Shown here: piece after piece, positions 1-15,450 of the stretch | Layout of the letters: every line of letters begins with the position of its first letter | Position numbering within the stretch: the stretch's first letter is position 1 | From: Euglena gracilis | Lineage: Eukaryota | NCBI GenBank assembly: GCA_039621445.1 | Contig: CP154954.1 | Coordinates: 1,426,001 to 1,490,000 of the forward strand | DNA: 64,000 bases | Direction of reading: 5' to 3' | Translations under genes and position numbers: made by a program | The notes under the pieces: generated by a model | What the model was told of the DNA's origin: nothing | Databases searched by the model: none | The model's input: the letters and a program-made list of their open reading frames with translations, nothing else

Positions 1-383
1 ATTCTGGAGTTAAAGAGTTAAAACTAATTTTTGCTTTTTAGTTTTTTATATATCTAAAAAAACATAATGTTGTTAATTTTAATTTTTATCATAAAAATTT
101 AACTAAGTTTCTTCAATTAATAATTTAGTAGCTTGTATCTGTGAAATTATCAGTAATTTTTTTTCTTCTTTAGTTTGAAGAAATAATGAACTGACATAAT
201 ATTATTATATCTTATTTTTAAATTTTAATTATTAGATATTTTTATAATTAAATTTGTAAACACTGTGTAAAGTAGTTTCATAGTAAAATTTTCCTTACAT
301 GCTAAGATAAAATTCTTAATTTTAAACCATATATAATTTTTAGGTTATCCTTATGGTTTATAAATGAGTGGATATTCGCTTAA

Positions 384-1034
<651 letters not shown>

Positions 1035-1596
1035 TAGATATTGTTATAATGTGAATAAAATTTTATTTTTACTAAAAAATACATAGAATTTTAATAAATT
1101 AATTCTTTTTAATTTAATAAAGTATTAAATTTTTTTGCTAAAATTTGTTTTTAACTTTCCTACTATTAAACATTTAAGTATTTGGTTTATACTTACAAAA
1201 AATTTTTTATATAATTTTATTAGTCACGTAAACATTAACTGTCAAATAAAAAGTTTGGAACTTTTTAAAGTTATTTTATTAATAAAAATTTTTATACTAG
1301 TGAAAATAATTTAAATAAAGCTCTTACTTTTATTTTTCGTCAAATTTTGGTCTAAATAGTATTTAGATATATTTACTTATAACTTTTATCTGTTTTTAAA
1401 ATTATTAATTTTTTTTATCTAACTTTTTCAAAAATTTATATTTAGCTTTTTTTCATATTTCATTATTAATGAAAAATTAAATTCAATTAAAATTTTTTGA
1501 TTTAAATGAAAAATGTTTATTTTATTTAATAAAGCTAAATCTATTATTAGTTTAGATGTTTAGTTTGAAAACGAATATTAATTTGTTAAGTTTTAA

Positions 1597-2649
1597 GAAA
1601 ATATTAGTATGTTTATTCCTAATGCAAGTTTAAAAACTATTAAAAACTTGAAAAATAATGGTATTATTAAAATAGGTTCAGAGATTAAAGCACAGGATGT
1701 TTTAATTGGAAGAATTAAAGTTAAGTTAAAAAATACGCCAAAAAATAAAATGTTAATAGCATTTTTTGGCAATAAGGTACGAAAAGACGTTTCTTTACGT
1801 TCTCCTCGCTCTTTGGTAGGTATTGTTACAAGTGTTGAGATTTTATGTAAAAAGTCGAATTGTTCTGTTCTTATTCATGTTGCCGAAAAACGCAGAATAC
1901 AAATAGGTGATAAAATTGCAGGACGGCATGGTAATAAAGGTATAATTTCGAAAATTGTTCCGTCTATAGATATGCCTTTTCTTCCTGATGGTACACCTGT
2001 TGATATGATTTTAAATCCTCTAGGCATACCATCTAGAATGAATGTTGGTCAAGTCTTTGAAAGTTTGTTAAACTTGTCTTCTTTATTTTTGAAAGAAAGG
2101 TATAAAATTCAACCTTTTGATGAAGTCCAAACAAGTATGAATTCAAAATCTTTTGTGTATAAAAAATTAAATGAAGCGCGTAAAAGAACTAAAAAAGATT
2201 GGCTTTTTAATCCAAATTATCCAGGAAAAGCCTTTTTATATGATGGTAGAAATTGTAGGCCTTTTGATCACCCTGTAGCTTTTGGTTATGCGTATATTTT
2301 AAAATTAATACATATGGTTAAAGACAAAATTCATGCGAGAGTTACCGGCCCTTATTCTTCAGTAACTCAACAACCTTTACGTGGAAAATCGAAAAATGGT
2401 GGACAAAGGTTTGGGGAAATGGAGGTTTGGGCTATAGAAGGATTTGGTGCTGCATATTTGTTGCAGGAGTTATTAACTATTAAATCTGATGATGTATTAA
2501 ATAGATCAGAAGCGTTATTTAGTTTAATAAATGGTACTTATTTTTCTAAGCCAAATATTCCCGAAGCTTTCAAGTTATTTATTTTAGAAATGCAATCTTT
2601 ATGTATTGATATTAAAATTTTTACAAATAATTATAAAAAATTCGATTAG
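1597..2649 (+). CDS. rpoB: RNA polymerase beta subunit, last exon only (copy 1)
   Basis: [26 protein letters not shown] and [12 protein letters not shown] motifs. Preceded by a partial, noisy copy of rpoB intron 8. Confidence 0.95.
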   Translation, partial: ENISMFIPNASLKTIKNLKNNGIIKIGSEIKAQDVLIGRIKVKLKNTPKNKMLIAFFGNKVRKDVSLRSPRSLVGIVTSVEILCKKSNCSVLIHVAEKRRIQIGDKIAGRHGNKGIISKIVPSIDMPFLPDGTPVDMILNPLGIPSRMNVGQVFESLLNLSSLFLKERYKIQPFDEVQTSMNSKSFVYKKLNEARKRTKKDWLFNPNYPGKAFLYDGRNCRPFDHPVAFGYAYILKLIHMVKDKIHARVTGPYSSVTQQPLRGKSKNGGQRFGEMEVWAIEGFGAAYLLQELLTIKSDDVLNRSEALFSLINGTYFSKPNIPEAFKLFILEMQSLCIDIKIFTNNYKKFD

Positions 2650-2733
2650 TTAAATTTTTGAGTTATTTTTTTTTTTATGAAGTTTTTATGGTCAATTAAG
2701 ACCTGATACTTATTTTTATTTATTTTTGTATTT

Positions 2734-6195
<3,462 letters not shown>

Positions 6196-6286
6196 ATACT
6201 TTAATTTTTTGTATGAGCTAAGTAGTTTTAAAGTTTATTATTTTATTGATTTATTTCAATAAGTTTGTTAAATTATTATTTTAATT

Positions 6287-9200
6287 ATGAATTTCGGAAA
6301 TATAGTATGTTTTAATAGAGTTTTTGATAAAAATGAAATTAGAAATTTAATTAGCTGGTTTTTGTCAAATTATGGTAGTATCCGAACAAAAGAGTTATTG
6401 GATAAAATGAAAAATTTTGGTTTTACCTATGCAACAACCACTGGATTATCATTAGGACTTGGAGATCTTAAAATTCCTTCTTCAAAAGCAAATTTGGTTA
6501 AAAGTTCTGAAAAAATTTTATTTAAAACGAGAAATCGATATAAAAATGGTATGATAAATTTCATTAATGTTTTGGATGAAGAAAGGGATATTTGGAATGT
6601 CGTTAATGAAAATTTGAAGAAAGAATCTATTAATAATTTGAGACAATCCGACTTTTTGAATCCTTTGTATTCTATGACTTTGTCAGGTGCAAGGGGTAGT
6701 ATTACACAGGTGAAACAATTGATAGGTATGCGAGGACTAATGTCCGATTCTCAGGGTAATGTAATTCCTTTTCCAATAAAAACTAATTTTAAAGAAGGTT
6801 TAAATATTACTGAATATTTTGTTTCTTGTTACGGTGCTAGAAAAGGCTTAATTGATACTGCTTTAAAAACAGCTAATGCTGGGTATTTAACTAGACGAAT
6901 GATTTATACAGCACAAAACTTAATTGTAAAAAGGTCGGATTGTTTTACAAAATATAATACGTGCGTATTACTACAAAACCAAGATAAAGAAGAACTAAAG
7001 TTTTTGAAGGAAAAATTAATTGGTAGAGTATTAGCAAAAACTATTGTTAATGCCAAAACAGGTGATATTTTAGTTAGTGCTGGTCAAGATATTTGTAATG
7101 TGTGGTTCGAGCTACAAAAATTTTAAAATTTAAGGAATGTGGCAAATTCTTTTATATTAATTTTTATCTAAGATTATTATACTTTAAAATTAGCGAAATT
7201 CTAATAATATACAGATCATTGTTATTAAACATAATTTCCTTTTTATTAGAATAAAAAAACAGGATTAAAATTTCAAAGTATTAAAAGTATTTGAAATAGT
7301 AATTTTATATGGTTTACAGAAAATTAAGAAACTAAAAAGCTTCAACTTTTTTTATAATATTTTATTACACTTTGTTATTGAAAATTAAGGGGGAGTTATA
7401 TTAGGAGCCATTTTAAAACATACCTTTTATGTATAGTAGTTATGGTATAAACGAATTGAATTTTTATTTATAAGGATGGAATATGAAGCAAAAGGTCTGA
7501 ACGATGTTATAAAAACGTTTAAAATACTCTATGAAAAGTAGTAGGTGTAATCACCGGCATATGCTGATATATTTCTTAAATATCATAAAAAGTTTATGAT
7601 TTTTAGGTAGCCGAGTGAAAAAGAATTTTCATGCTCGGTTTCGAATGAGAAATATTTTTATTAAATATTAACTTTCAGTCTATACGTTTAAAAAAATTAT
7701 TAATTTTCCCGAGGTTTATATTCGTACACCTTTTAATTGTGTATTAATGGAAGGCATATGCCAAATATGCTATGGTTGGAATTTAGCCTGTGGCAAAATG
7801 GTAGAACTTGGTGAATGTGTAGGAATTTTAGCTGCTCAATCAATAGGTGAGCCTGGTACGCAATTAACAATGCGAACTTTTCATACGGGTGGTGTTTTTT
7901 CTGCAAAGGCAAAAGAAGTTATAACATCTCCTTTAAATGGAAAAATATGGTACGATTTGAAGTGTGTATCGTTTTTAATTTTACAATATTTAATGGCAGA
8001 ATTAAACTTTCTATTTTAGACTAATTGTCTTTGTTATTGTATTACAATTTTTATATTTATTACTTGTTATAGATAGTAACTTAAAGTTTTTTAAATTGAT
8101 TTATATTGTAAGTTTATTTTTTTATAATTGAAATCAATTTTGCAGAATAGATAAACAAAATGTTGTTTATATTTTGTTACGTATTTTTTTAGTAAATAGA
8201 GTGAGAATAAATGGTTTTTCTAATAAAATTTATAATTTTAAACTTTATTTGATAAAACATGTTCTAAAAAACGATGTTTTAAAATAGAAGGAACGATTAA
8301 AATTAGTTTGGGGTTAGGGGATGTTTATTATTAGTATTTAAATTTATAGATCGCAATTATAAAATAAATATGAAGTATTAGCCATTAAATTAATCACAAT
8401 TATAATTGAGTAGTCGTATGATATAATATATCAAGTATGACTTCGTAAAAGTGATTTTTATAGGTCAACTTTAACTACAGGGTTAAGAAGAGTTTATAAT
8501 AAATTTAAGGAAAAAGCTTTTTTAACTTTGCAAGAAAAAAAAATTGTGATTTACGAAAATGACGTTAGTAAATCTATTATGTTTTTACCTTCTAGTACGC
8601 TTTTATATGTTAAGCCAGGAAGAAAAATATTTGATAAGCAAATAATAGGAGAATCTGTAAATTCTAACTTGAAAAATGACGTTTTTGGTATTGAGGAAAT
8701 TCGAGATGTTAAGGCAAAAATTTCTGGTCAAATCTTTTTCCCTCAAATTAATTCGAAGCAATTTGGAAAAATATTTTGGATAATAAGTTCTATTATTATG
8801 AGTTTTACTTCTTTATTTTTTCATTTGACAAAGAAATTTTCTTTTAAAAATAAATTAATTTGTCCTACTACAAATGTTCATAAAAAAGAATTATTTGTTA
8901 ACAGGAAGAAAGAACTTTTTCCTCGTAAATTTGGTAAATTATTTATTAACATTAGGAACGTTAATAGTTTAGTTGATAAATCGAAAGTTTTAAAAAAAAG
9001 AAGTTCACATATTATTACATGTATACTTGATCAAGATAAGGTTATAATGCTTCGAAATCTTAAAAAACAAAAGCGTATTTTTGGTAATTTTAAAATTGGA
9101 TGTTTTCTTAAAACGGGTCAAATAATTAGTAATTTTAAGCTTCTTCATTCTTCTCAAATAATACAAGAAAGAAAAGAGTTTTCGATTTTTCGAAAAGTAA

Positions 9201-9874
9201 TGCCTTTTTCGACTAATGATGATACATTGATGAGAATAGAAGATAAACCTTTTATAAGAAAGAACCAATTATTATATCGCGTTAATTTTGTCCGAGAAAA
9301 AACTTATGATATAGTTCAAGGATTGCCTAAAGTAGAAAAATTGTTAGAAGCTCGAATGACTTCTTCGTTAAAAGAAATAATAAATAACCCTCATGATATA
9401 TTGACGGAGTCTTTTTTTACTTTTTTAGATGATTATGAGAATCTTGTAGCTGCGCGAAAAAGTTTTGAGGTAATACAAAAATATTTAATAGATGGTGTTC
9501 AGACTGTTTATAAATCTCAGGGTGTCAAAATAGCGGATAAACATATTGAACTTATTGTTAAACAAATAACGTCAAAAGTGATTGTTACTAATCCAGGTGA
9601 TTCTAGCTTTATGGTAGGGGATTTTTTAGATCTTAATTTAGTAGAGGTATTAAATAAAAGACTAGTAAATAGTATTGTTTATGAGCCTATAATTATGGGA
9701 TTGACTCGTTTTTCTCTATCTAGTCAAAGTTTTATAGCTCAAGCGAGTTTTCAAGAAACTACTAGAGTTTTAACAAAAGCTGCTTTACAAGGAAGAGCTG
9801 ATTGGTTATCTGGGTTAAAAGAAAATTTAGTTTTAGGAAATATTATTCCCGCAGGTACTGGTTTTAAAAATTAA
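6287..9874 (+). CDS. rpoC2: RNA polymerase beta'' subunit, exons 6287-7099, 7681-7961, 8476-9874 (830 aa, copy 1)
   Basis: [41 protein letters not shown] and [10 protein letters not shown] motifs. The exons join in frame. Confidence 0.95.
7100..7680 (+). other. Group II intron, rpoC2 intron 1
   Basis: 5' GTGTGG, domain V TAGCCGAGTGAAAAGAATTTTCATGCTCGGTTT near 7608-7641, and in-frame exon join. Confidence 0.9.
7962..8475 (+). other. Group II intron, rpoC2 intron 2
   Basis: 5' GTGTG, domain V-like TAGTCGTATGATATAATATATCAAGTATGACTT, and 3' TTTAAC. Confidence 0.9.
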
Positions 9875-9904
9875 TTAGCAAAATTTACTATAATTTGAGT
9901 AACT

Positions 9905-9977
9905 GGGGGTATAGCTCAGTTGGTAGAGCGTCTGCCTTACAAGCAGAATGTCAGCGGTTCGAATCCGTTTGCCCTCA
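9905..9977 (+). tRNA. trnV: tRNA-Val(UAC)
   Basis: Cloverleaf; anticodon arm TCTGC-CTTACAA-GCAGA; GGTTCGAATCC T arm. Confidence 0.95.
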
Positions 9978-9993
9978 AAGGTTATTTACTTTA

Positions 9994-10065
9994 TCCTTAA
10001 TAGCTCAGTGGTAGAGCAATCGGCTGTTAACCGATCGGTCGTAGGTTCGAATCCTACTTAAGGAG
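9994..10065 (+). tRNA. trnN: tRNA-Asn(GUU)
   Basis: Cloverleaf; ATCGG-CTGTTAA-CCGAT. Confidence 0.95.
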
Positions 10066-10068
10066 TAA

Positions 10069-10142
10069 GGGCTTGTAGCTCAGTGGACTAGAGCACGTGG
10101 CTACGAACTACGGAGTCAGGGGTTCGAATCCCTTCTTGCCCG
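10069..10142 (+). tRNA. trnR: tRNA-Arg(ACG)
   Basis: Cloverleaf; CGTGG-CTACGAA-CTACG. Confidence 0.95.
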
Positions 10143-10187
10143 ATTGATTAGTAATTTCGTTATTTTTTATGATCATTTAATTTTTAA

Positions 10188-10271
10188 TACAGGCAGAGAG
10201 ACTCGAACTCTCACATCATAAAGACACAGGAACCTAAATCCTGCGCGTCTACCAAATTCCGCCATGCCTGC
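10188..10271 (-). tRNA. trnL: tRNA-Leu(UAG)
   Basis: Reverse strand GCAGGCATGGCGGAATTTGGTAGACGCG-CAGGA-TTTAGGT-TCCTG, with a long variable arm. Confidence 0.93.
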
Positions 10272-10342
10272 TTTATCAATATTAATAAATGTTAATATTG
10301 TTTTTTATTTATTTTAAAACGTGTTAAATAAATTTTGTTATT

Positions 10343-10939
10343 TTATATTCTACGTCTCTTGCTAGGTCGACATCCATTATGTGGTAAGGGAGTGACATCT
10401 CTTATGCAACTTATGCGTAGACCTAAACTTTGTACGCATTTTAAAGCTGTTTCTCGTCCGGTTCCAGGTCCACTAATGTTTATCTCAACTTTTTGAAGTC
10501 CTTGTTCTATAGCTTTCTTAACGGCAATTGCAGTAGTTGTCTTTGTAGCTAACGGTGTAGCCTTTTTCGAGCTTTTAAAACCGCATGCTCCTGAAGATGA
10601 CCAAGCGATTACATTTCCTTTTGGATCACTTACCGAAACTAAGAATTTAATTAGATGTATTTTCTATTATTTAATATAAAGGAAAATTTTTTTTAGTTTT
10701 ATTGTGATGATTTTTTGTATAATTTTTTTAATATTAAATCGCTTCATTATTATAAGTTGTTTTTTTAAGATATTGATTTTTAAATGCTTTTTTTTAAAGA
10801 TAAAAATTATAATAACTTTATATTACATTATATACTATTAATTTTTGATTGCATGTAAGTTTAATCCCATAATATGGACAATTCCTTTTGGAAATTTTTT
10901 TTTTGTTATTTTGATTATTTTTTTTTTTTGTTTTATCAT
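10343..10939 (-). CDS. rps11: Ribosomal protein S11 with two group III introns (copy 1)
   Basis: MIKQKKKIIKITKKKFPKGIVHI...VSDPKGNVIAWSSSGACGFK...GPGTGRE...DVTPLPHNGCRP, interrupted by about 200 nt of U-rich intron sequence. Confidence 0.9.
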
Positions 10940-10943
10940 TTTT

Positions 10944-11038
10944 TTATAAATAAATATTTCTTTTTAAGAACAAAATTTGCAAAAAGCATGATTTCCTTGA
11001 GTTTTTAATATTTATTTCATTTTTTATATTATTCACAA
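10944..11038 (-). other. Probable intercistronic group III intron between rps4 and rps11
   Basis: TTGTG (NUNNG) start 25 nt after the rps4 stop, in a 123-nt spacer. Agrees with my recollection of E. gracilis; the 3' end is approximate. Confidence 0.65.
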
Positions 11039-11062
11039 TTTTCCCTATAAATTAATTTATAA

Positions 11063-11680
11063 TTAGACCTTGCGTGAATAGAATTCGATTACTAAAAGTT
11101 CATTAACTATTAACGATATCGCTTTTCTATTGATTAAACCAATAATTTTTGCTTCTAAGTTTTTTTTGTTAAGAGATAAATGTGGTGGTATTAATAGTAA
11201 TTCTTTAGATTCTATGTTTTTTTGTATGACATTTTCTGATACAGTACTTTTTTTAGGTTTTATAATACTTTTTGGTTGGCAAATAAAACTAGGTATATTG
11301 ATAACTTTGTCATCTACACAAATGTGACCATGATTTATTAGTTGTTTTGCAGCCATTATTGTAGGTGCAAAACCTATTCGATGTACAATATTATCTAATC
11401 TCATTTCCAAAAAAGTTAGCAAAAATCTTCCGGATGATCCTTTTTTTTTCCTAGATTTTTTTACATAATTTAGAAGTTGTCTTTCGGTTATTCCGTAGTT
11501 AAATCGCAGTTTTTGTTTTTCTTTTAATCTTATGTTATATTTTGATATTTTTTTTTTCCTTTTAAAGGATGTTGCTGGTTGCCCTGGGGATTTTCTTTTC
11601 TTTGATGTTTTATTTGTAAGACTTGGAAGTTTTCCTATTCTACGAACTATTCGCAATCGTGGTCCTCTATATCTTGACAT
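11063..11680 (-). CDS. rps4: Ribosomal protein S4 (copy 1)
   Basis: MSRYRGPR...[12 protein letters not shown]...LEMRLDNIV; intact 205-aa ORF. Confidence 0.97.
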   Translation of the reverse strand: MSRYRGPRLRIVRRIGKLPSLTNKTSKKRKSPGQPATSFKRKKKISKYNIRLKEKQKLRFNYGITERQLLNYVKKSRKKKGSSGRFLLTFLEMRLDNIVHRIGFAPTIMAAKQLINHGHICVDDKVINIPSFICQPKSIIKPKKSTVSENVIQKNIESKELLLIPPHLSLNKKNLEAKIIGLINRKAISLIVNELLVIEFYSRKV

Positions 11681-11756
11681 AGTTTTATCTATATTTTTTT
11701 TGATCTTAAATAACTTTTTCTATGTTAATTGTTTTTGTTGTTTAACATCTAATTGC

Positions 11757-11838
11757 GAGTTGTTGCCCGAGTGGTTAATGGGGGCGGATTGTAAATCCGC
11801 TAGTTCATCTTTCGCTGGTTCGAATCCAGCACGACTCA
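11757..11838 (+). tRNA. trnY: tRNA-Tyr(GUA)
   Basis: GCGGA-TTGTAAA-TCCGC, with a variable arm. Confidence 0.95.
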
Positions 11839-11902
11839 AAATATTTTTATATTTAATCAGACAGTTTTCGAGTTATAATAAATTTTTATTATATTTTTTA
11901 TA

Positions 11903-11975
11903 GGTGGGTGTAGCCAAGTGGTAAGGCAAAGGACTGTGACTCCTTCATTCGCGGGTTCGATCCCCGTCATTCACC
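11903..11975 (+). tRNA. trnH: tRNA-His(GUG)
   Basis: AAGGA-CTGTGAC-TCCTT. Confidence 0.95.
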
Positions 11976-11990
11976 ATCTATTAATTTTTA

Positions 11991-12062
11991 GGCTCAGTAG
12001 CTCAGAGGTAGAGCAGGGGATTCATAAGCCCTTGGTCACAGGTTCAAATCTTGTCTGAGCCA
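11991..12062 (+). tRNA. trnM: tRNA-Met(CAU), probably elongator
   Basis: GGGGA-TTCATAA-GCCCT; fully paired acceptor stem. Confidence 0.9.
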
Positions 12063-12066
12063 AACT

Positions 12067-12139
12067 GCGCTTTTAGTTCAATTGGTAGAACGTAGGTCTC
12101 CAAAACCTGATGTAGTAGGTTCGAATCCTACAGAGCGCG
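12067..12139 (+). tRNA. trnW: tRNA-Trp(CCA)
   Basis: TAGGT-CTCCAAA-ACCTG. Confidence 0.95.
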
Positions 12140-12166
12140 TTTATTTTTTTTCTTTATCTTAAATTT

Positions 12167-12239
12167 GCCCCCATCGTCTAGAGGCCTAGGACATCTCCCT
12201 TTCACGGAGGCAACGGGGATTCGAATTCCCCTGGGGGTA
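12167..12239 (+). tRNA. trnE: tRNA-Glu(UUC)
   Basis: TCTCC-CTTTCAC-GGAGG. Confidence 0.95.
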
Positions 12240-12245
12240 ATTTAT

Positions 12246-12318
12246 GCGGGTATAGCTCAGTTGGTAGAGCGTGGTCCTTCCAAGTCCAATGTCGCGTGTT
12301 CGAATCACGTTACCCGCT
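12246..12318 (+). tRNA. trnG: tRNA-Gly(UCC)
   Basis: Cloverleaf with CTTCCAA anticodon loop. Confidence 0.93.
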
Positions 12319-12378
12319 TTTAACTTTTTGTCTTTATAGAAAGTTAATTTTTAATTTTTATGATATTTTTAATATACT

Positions 12379-13512
12379 ATGGGATGTGCGATTCGTAAAA
12401 TTTGGATCTTATTTTTAAAAAAATTTTTTGTCCATGTAAATTAAATTTTTACTCTTAATTTTCCGATATTTTAGTAGTTTAGTTTTTATTATCGAAAGAA
12501 TTTTTTTATCTTTAAATTTTCTTATGTTTATAAAGAAAAATAATTTGGAACTTTAGTAGGAAATGTTTATACGATCATTTTGTAGTTTTTGTTATTTGTT
12601 TCCATGTTTTATTAAAAAATAATTTATTTATTCCTCTAATTTATTTTTGTTATTAATAAATGAATGATCATTTCATTAAAAGAATAATAAAGCGGATAAA
12701 AAAAACGAAAAATATATATTAAATTTTATAAGGATGATTTTTAATCAGAATTATATCTAAGTTATTTTAAGTATTTTTTGCGTTTTCTAATCTTTTAAGA
12801 TTATATAATTGAGTAGCCGTATGTTATTGAATTAACAAGTACGGTTTCGGATAAAAAACTTTTTAATTATTAAAGTTGATTTTACCTGCCTTGGTATCGT
12901 GTTGTGATTTTTAGTTTTTTACTTATAAATGATATTTATAGTTTTAAAAATTTCCTTATAGTTTATTTTTTGATTTTTTAATAAAATTTTTAAAAATATT
13001 TGTTTTACATACTGTTGTTCTTAATGATCCAGGTCGTTTGATTTCTGTTCATTTAATGCATACTGCATTAGTTTCAGGATGGGCTGGATCTATGGCCTTA
13101 TATGAACTTGCTATTTTTGATCCTTCTGATGTTGCGCTAAATCCTATGTGGCGCCAAGGAATGTTTGTTCTTCCTTTTATGACACGTTTAGGGGTAACAA
13201 AATCTTGGGGTGCTTGGAGTGTTACAGGGGAATCTTTTTCGGATCCAGGAATTTGGAGTTACGAAGGTGTAGCGGTAGCACATATAATTTTATCGGGTCT
13301 TTTATTTTTAGCTGCTATTTGGCATTGGGTTTATTGGGACCTTGATTTATTTCGTGATCCAGCTAGTGGTGAGTTAAAGTTAGATTTACCTAGAGTATTT
13401 GGAGTTCATTTATTCTTGTCTGGAGCATTATGTTTAGCTTTTGGAGTTTTCCATGTTACGGGTGTTTTTGGTCCTGGTATTTGGGTTTCTGATCCTTATG
13501 GTTTAAGTGGGA
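12379..13512 (+). CDS. psbB: Photosystem II CP47, 5' part: exons 12379-12385, 12887-12901, 13006-13512; truncated in intron 3 by the fold-back
   Basis: Spliced [37 protein letters not shown]...[10 protein letters not shown]. Introns start GTGCG (12386), TTGTG (12902) and GTGCG (13513). Confidence 0.93.
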
Positions 13513-13777
13513 GTGCGATTCGTTTTTCTTTTCGCTTTAATAATTTTATATCGTTAAGAGATTTTTTATGAAATTTTTGTTCAATTAGGTGAAAAACCTT
13601 TTATTTTATTGAAATTATTGCGTTCTCAATAAGAACGATAAGAGTAAGTTCTCGTTCTTATTGATAACGCAATAATTTCAATAAAATAAAAGGTTTTTCA
13701 CCTAATTGAACAAAAATTTCATAAAAAATCTCTTAACGATATAAAATTATTAAAAGAACATTAAAAACGAATCGCAC

Positions 13778-14911
13778 TCCCACTTAAACCATAAGGATCA
13801 GAAACCCAAATACCAGGACCAAAAACACCCGTAACATGGAAAACTCCAAAAGCTAAACATAATGCTCCAGACAAGAATAAATGAACTCCAAATACTCTAG
13901 GTAAATCTAACTTTAACTCACCACTAGCTGGATCACGAAATAAATCAAGGTCCCAATAAACCCAATGCCAAATAGCAGCTAAAAATAAAAGACCCGATAA
14001 AATTATATGTGCTACCGCTACACCTTCGTAACTCCAAATTCCTGGATCCGAAAAAGATTCCCCTGTAACACTCCAAGCACCCCAAGATTTTGTTACCCCT
14101 AAACGTGTCATAAAAGGAAGAACAAACATTCCTTGGCGCCACATAGGATTTAGCGCAACATCAGAAGGATCAAAAATAGCAAGTTCATATAAGGCCATAG
14201 ATCCAGCCCATCCTGAAACTAATGCAGTATGCATTAAATGAACAGAAATCAAACGACCTGGATCATTAAGAACAACAGTATGTAAAACAAATATTTTTAA
14301 AAATTTTATTAAAAAATCAAAAAATAAACTATAAGGAAATTTTTAAAACTATAAATATCATTTATAAGTAAAAAACTAAAAATCACAACACGATACCAAG
14401 GCAGGTAAAATCAACTTTAATAATTAAAAAGTTTTTTATCCGAAACCGTACTTGTTAATTCAATAACATACGGCTACTCAATTATATAATCTTAAAAGAT
14501 TAGAAAACGCAAAAAATACTTAAAATAACTTAGATATAATTCTGATTAAAATTCATCCTTATAAAATTTAATATATATTTTTCGTTTTTTTTATCCGCTT
14601 TATTATTCTTTTAATGAAATGATCATTCATTTATTAATAACAAAAATAAATTAGAGGAATAAATAAATTATTTTTTAATAAAACATGGAAACAAATAACA
14701 AAAACTACAAAATGATCGTATAAACATTTCCTACTAAAGTTCCAAATTATTTTTCTTTATAAACATAAGAAAATTTAAAGATAAAAAAATTCTTTCGATA
14801 ATAAAAACTAAACTACTAAAATATCGGAAAATTAAGAGTAAAAATTTAATTTACATGGACAAAAAATTTTTTTAAAAATAAGATCCAAATTTTACGAATC
14901 GCACATCCCAT
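13778..14911 (-). CDS. psbB: psbB 5' part, inverted copy
   Basis: Reverse complement of 12379-13512. Confidence 0.92.
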
Positions 14912-14971
14912 AGTATATTAAAAATATCATAAAAATTAAAAATTAACTTTCTATAAAGACAAAAAGTTAAA

Positions 14972-15044
14972 AGCGGGTAACGTGATTCGAACACGCGACA
15001 TTGGACTTGGAAGGACCACGCTCTACCAACTGAGCTATACCCGC
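14972..15044 (-). tRNA. trnG: tRNA-Gly(UCC), copy 2
   Basis: Reverse complement of 12246-12318. Confidence 0.93.
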
Positions 15045-15050
15045 ATAAAT

Positions 15051-15123
15051 TACCCCCAGGGGAATTCGAATCCCCGTTGCCTCCGTGAAAGGGAGATGTC
15101 CTAGGCCTCTAGACGATGGGGGC
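15051..15123 (-). tRNA. trnE: tRNA-Glu(UUC), copy 2
   Basis: Reverse complement of 12167-12239. Confidence 0.94.
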
Positions 15124-15150
15124 AAATTTAAGATAAAGAAAAAAAATAAA

Positions 15151-15223
15151 CGCGCTCTGTAGGATTCGAACCTACTACATCAGGTTTTGGAGACCTACGT
15201 TCTACCAATTGAACTAAAAGCGC
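15151..15223 (-). tRNA. trnW: tRNA-Trp(CCA), copy 2
   Basis: Reverse complement of 12067-12139. Confidence 0.94.
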
Positions 15224-15227
15224 AGTT

Positions 15228-15299
15228 TGGCTCAGACAAGATTTGAACCTGTGACCAAGGGCTTATGAATCCCCTGCTCTACCTCTGAGCTACTGAGCC
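15228..15299 (-). tRNA. trnM: tRNA-Met(CAU), copy 2
   Basis: Reverse complement of 11991-12062. Confidence 0.9.
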
Positions 15300-15314
15300 T
15301 AAAAATTAATAGAT

Positions 15315-15387
15315 GGTGAATGACGGGGATCGAACCCGCGAATGAAGGAGTCACAGTCCTTTGCCTTACCACTTGGCTACACCCACC
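15315..15387 (-). tRNA. trnH: tRNA-His(GUG), copy 2
   Basis: Reverse complement of 11903-11975. Confidence 0.94.
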
Positions 15388-15450
15388 TATAAAAATATAA
15401 TAAAAATTTATTATAACTCGAAAACTGTCTGATTAAATATAAAAATATTT

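Noticed and set aside
9005..9268. 87-aa antisense ORF, and the similar 65-aa ORFs at 11130-11327 and 13148-13345 with their copies
   Set aside because: Alternate-frame or antisense shadows of rpoC2, rps4 and psbB.
11532..11903. 123-aa ORF and its copies (15377-15757, 45870-46241)
   Set aside because: Shadow frame over antisense rps4 and trnY.
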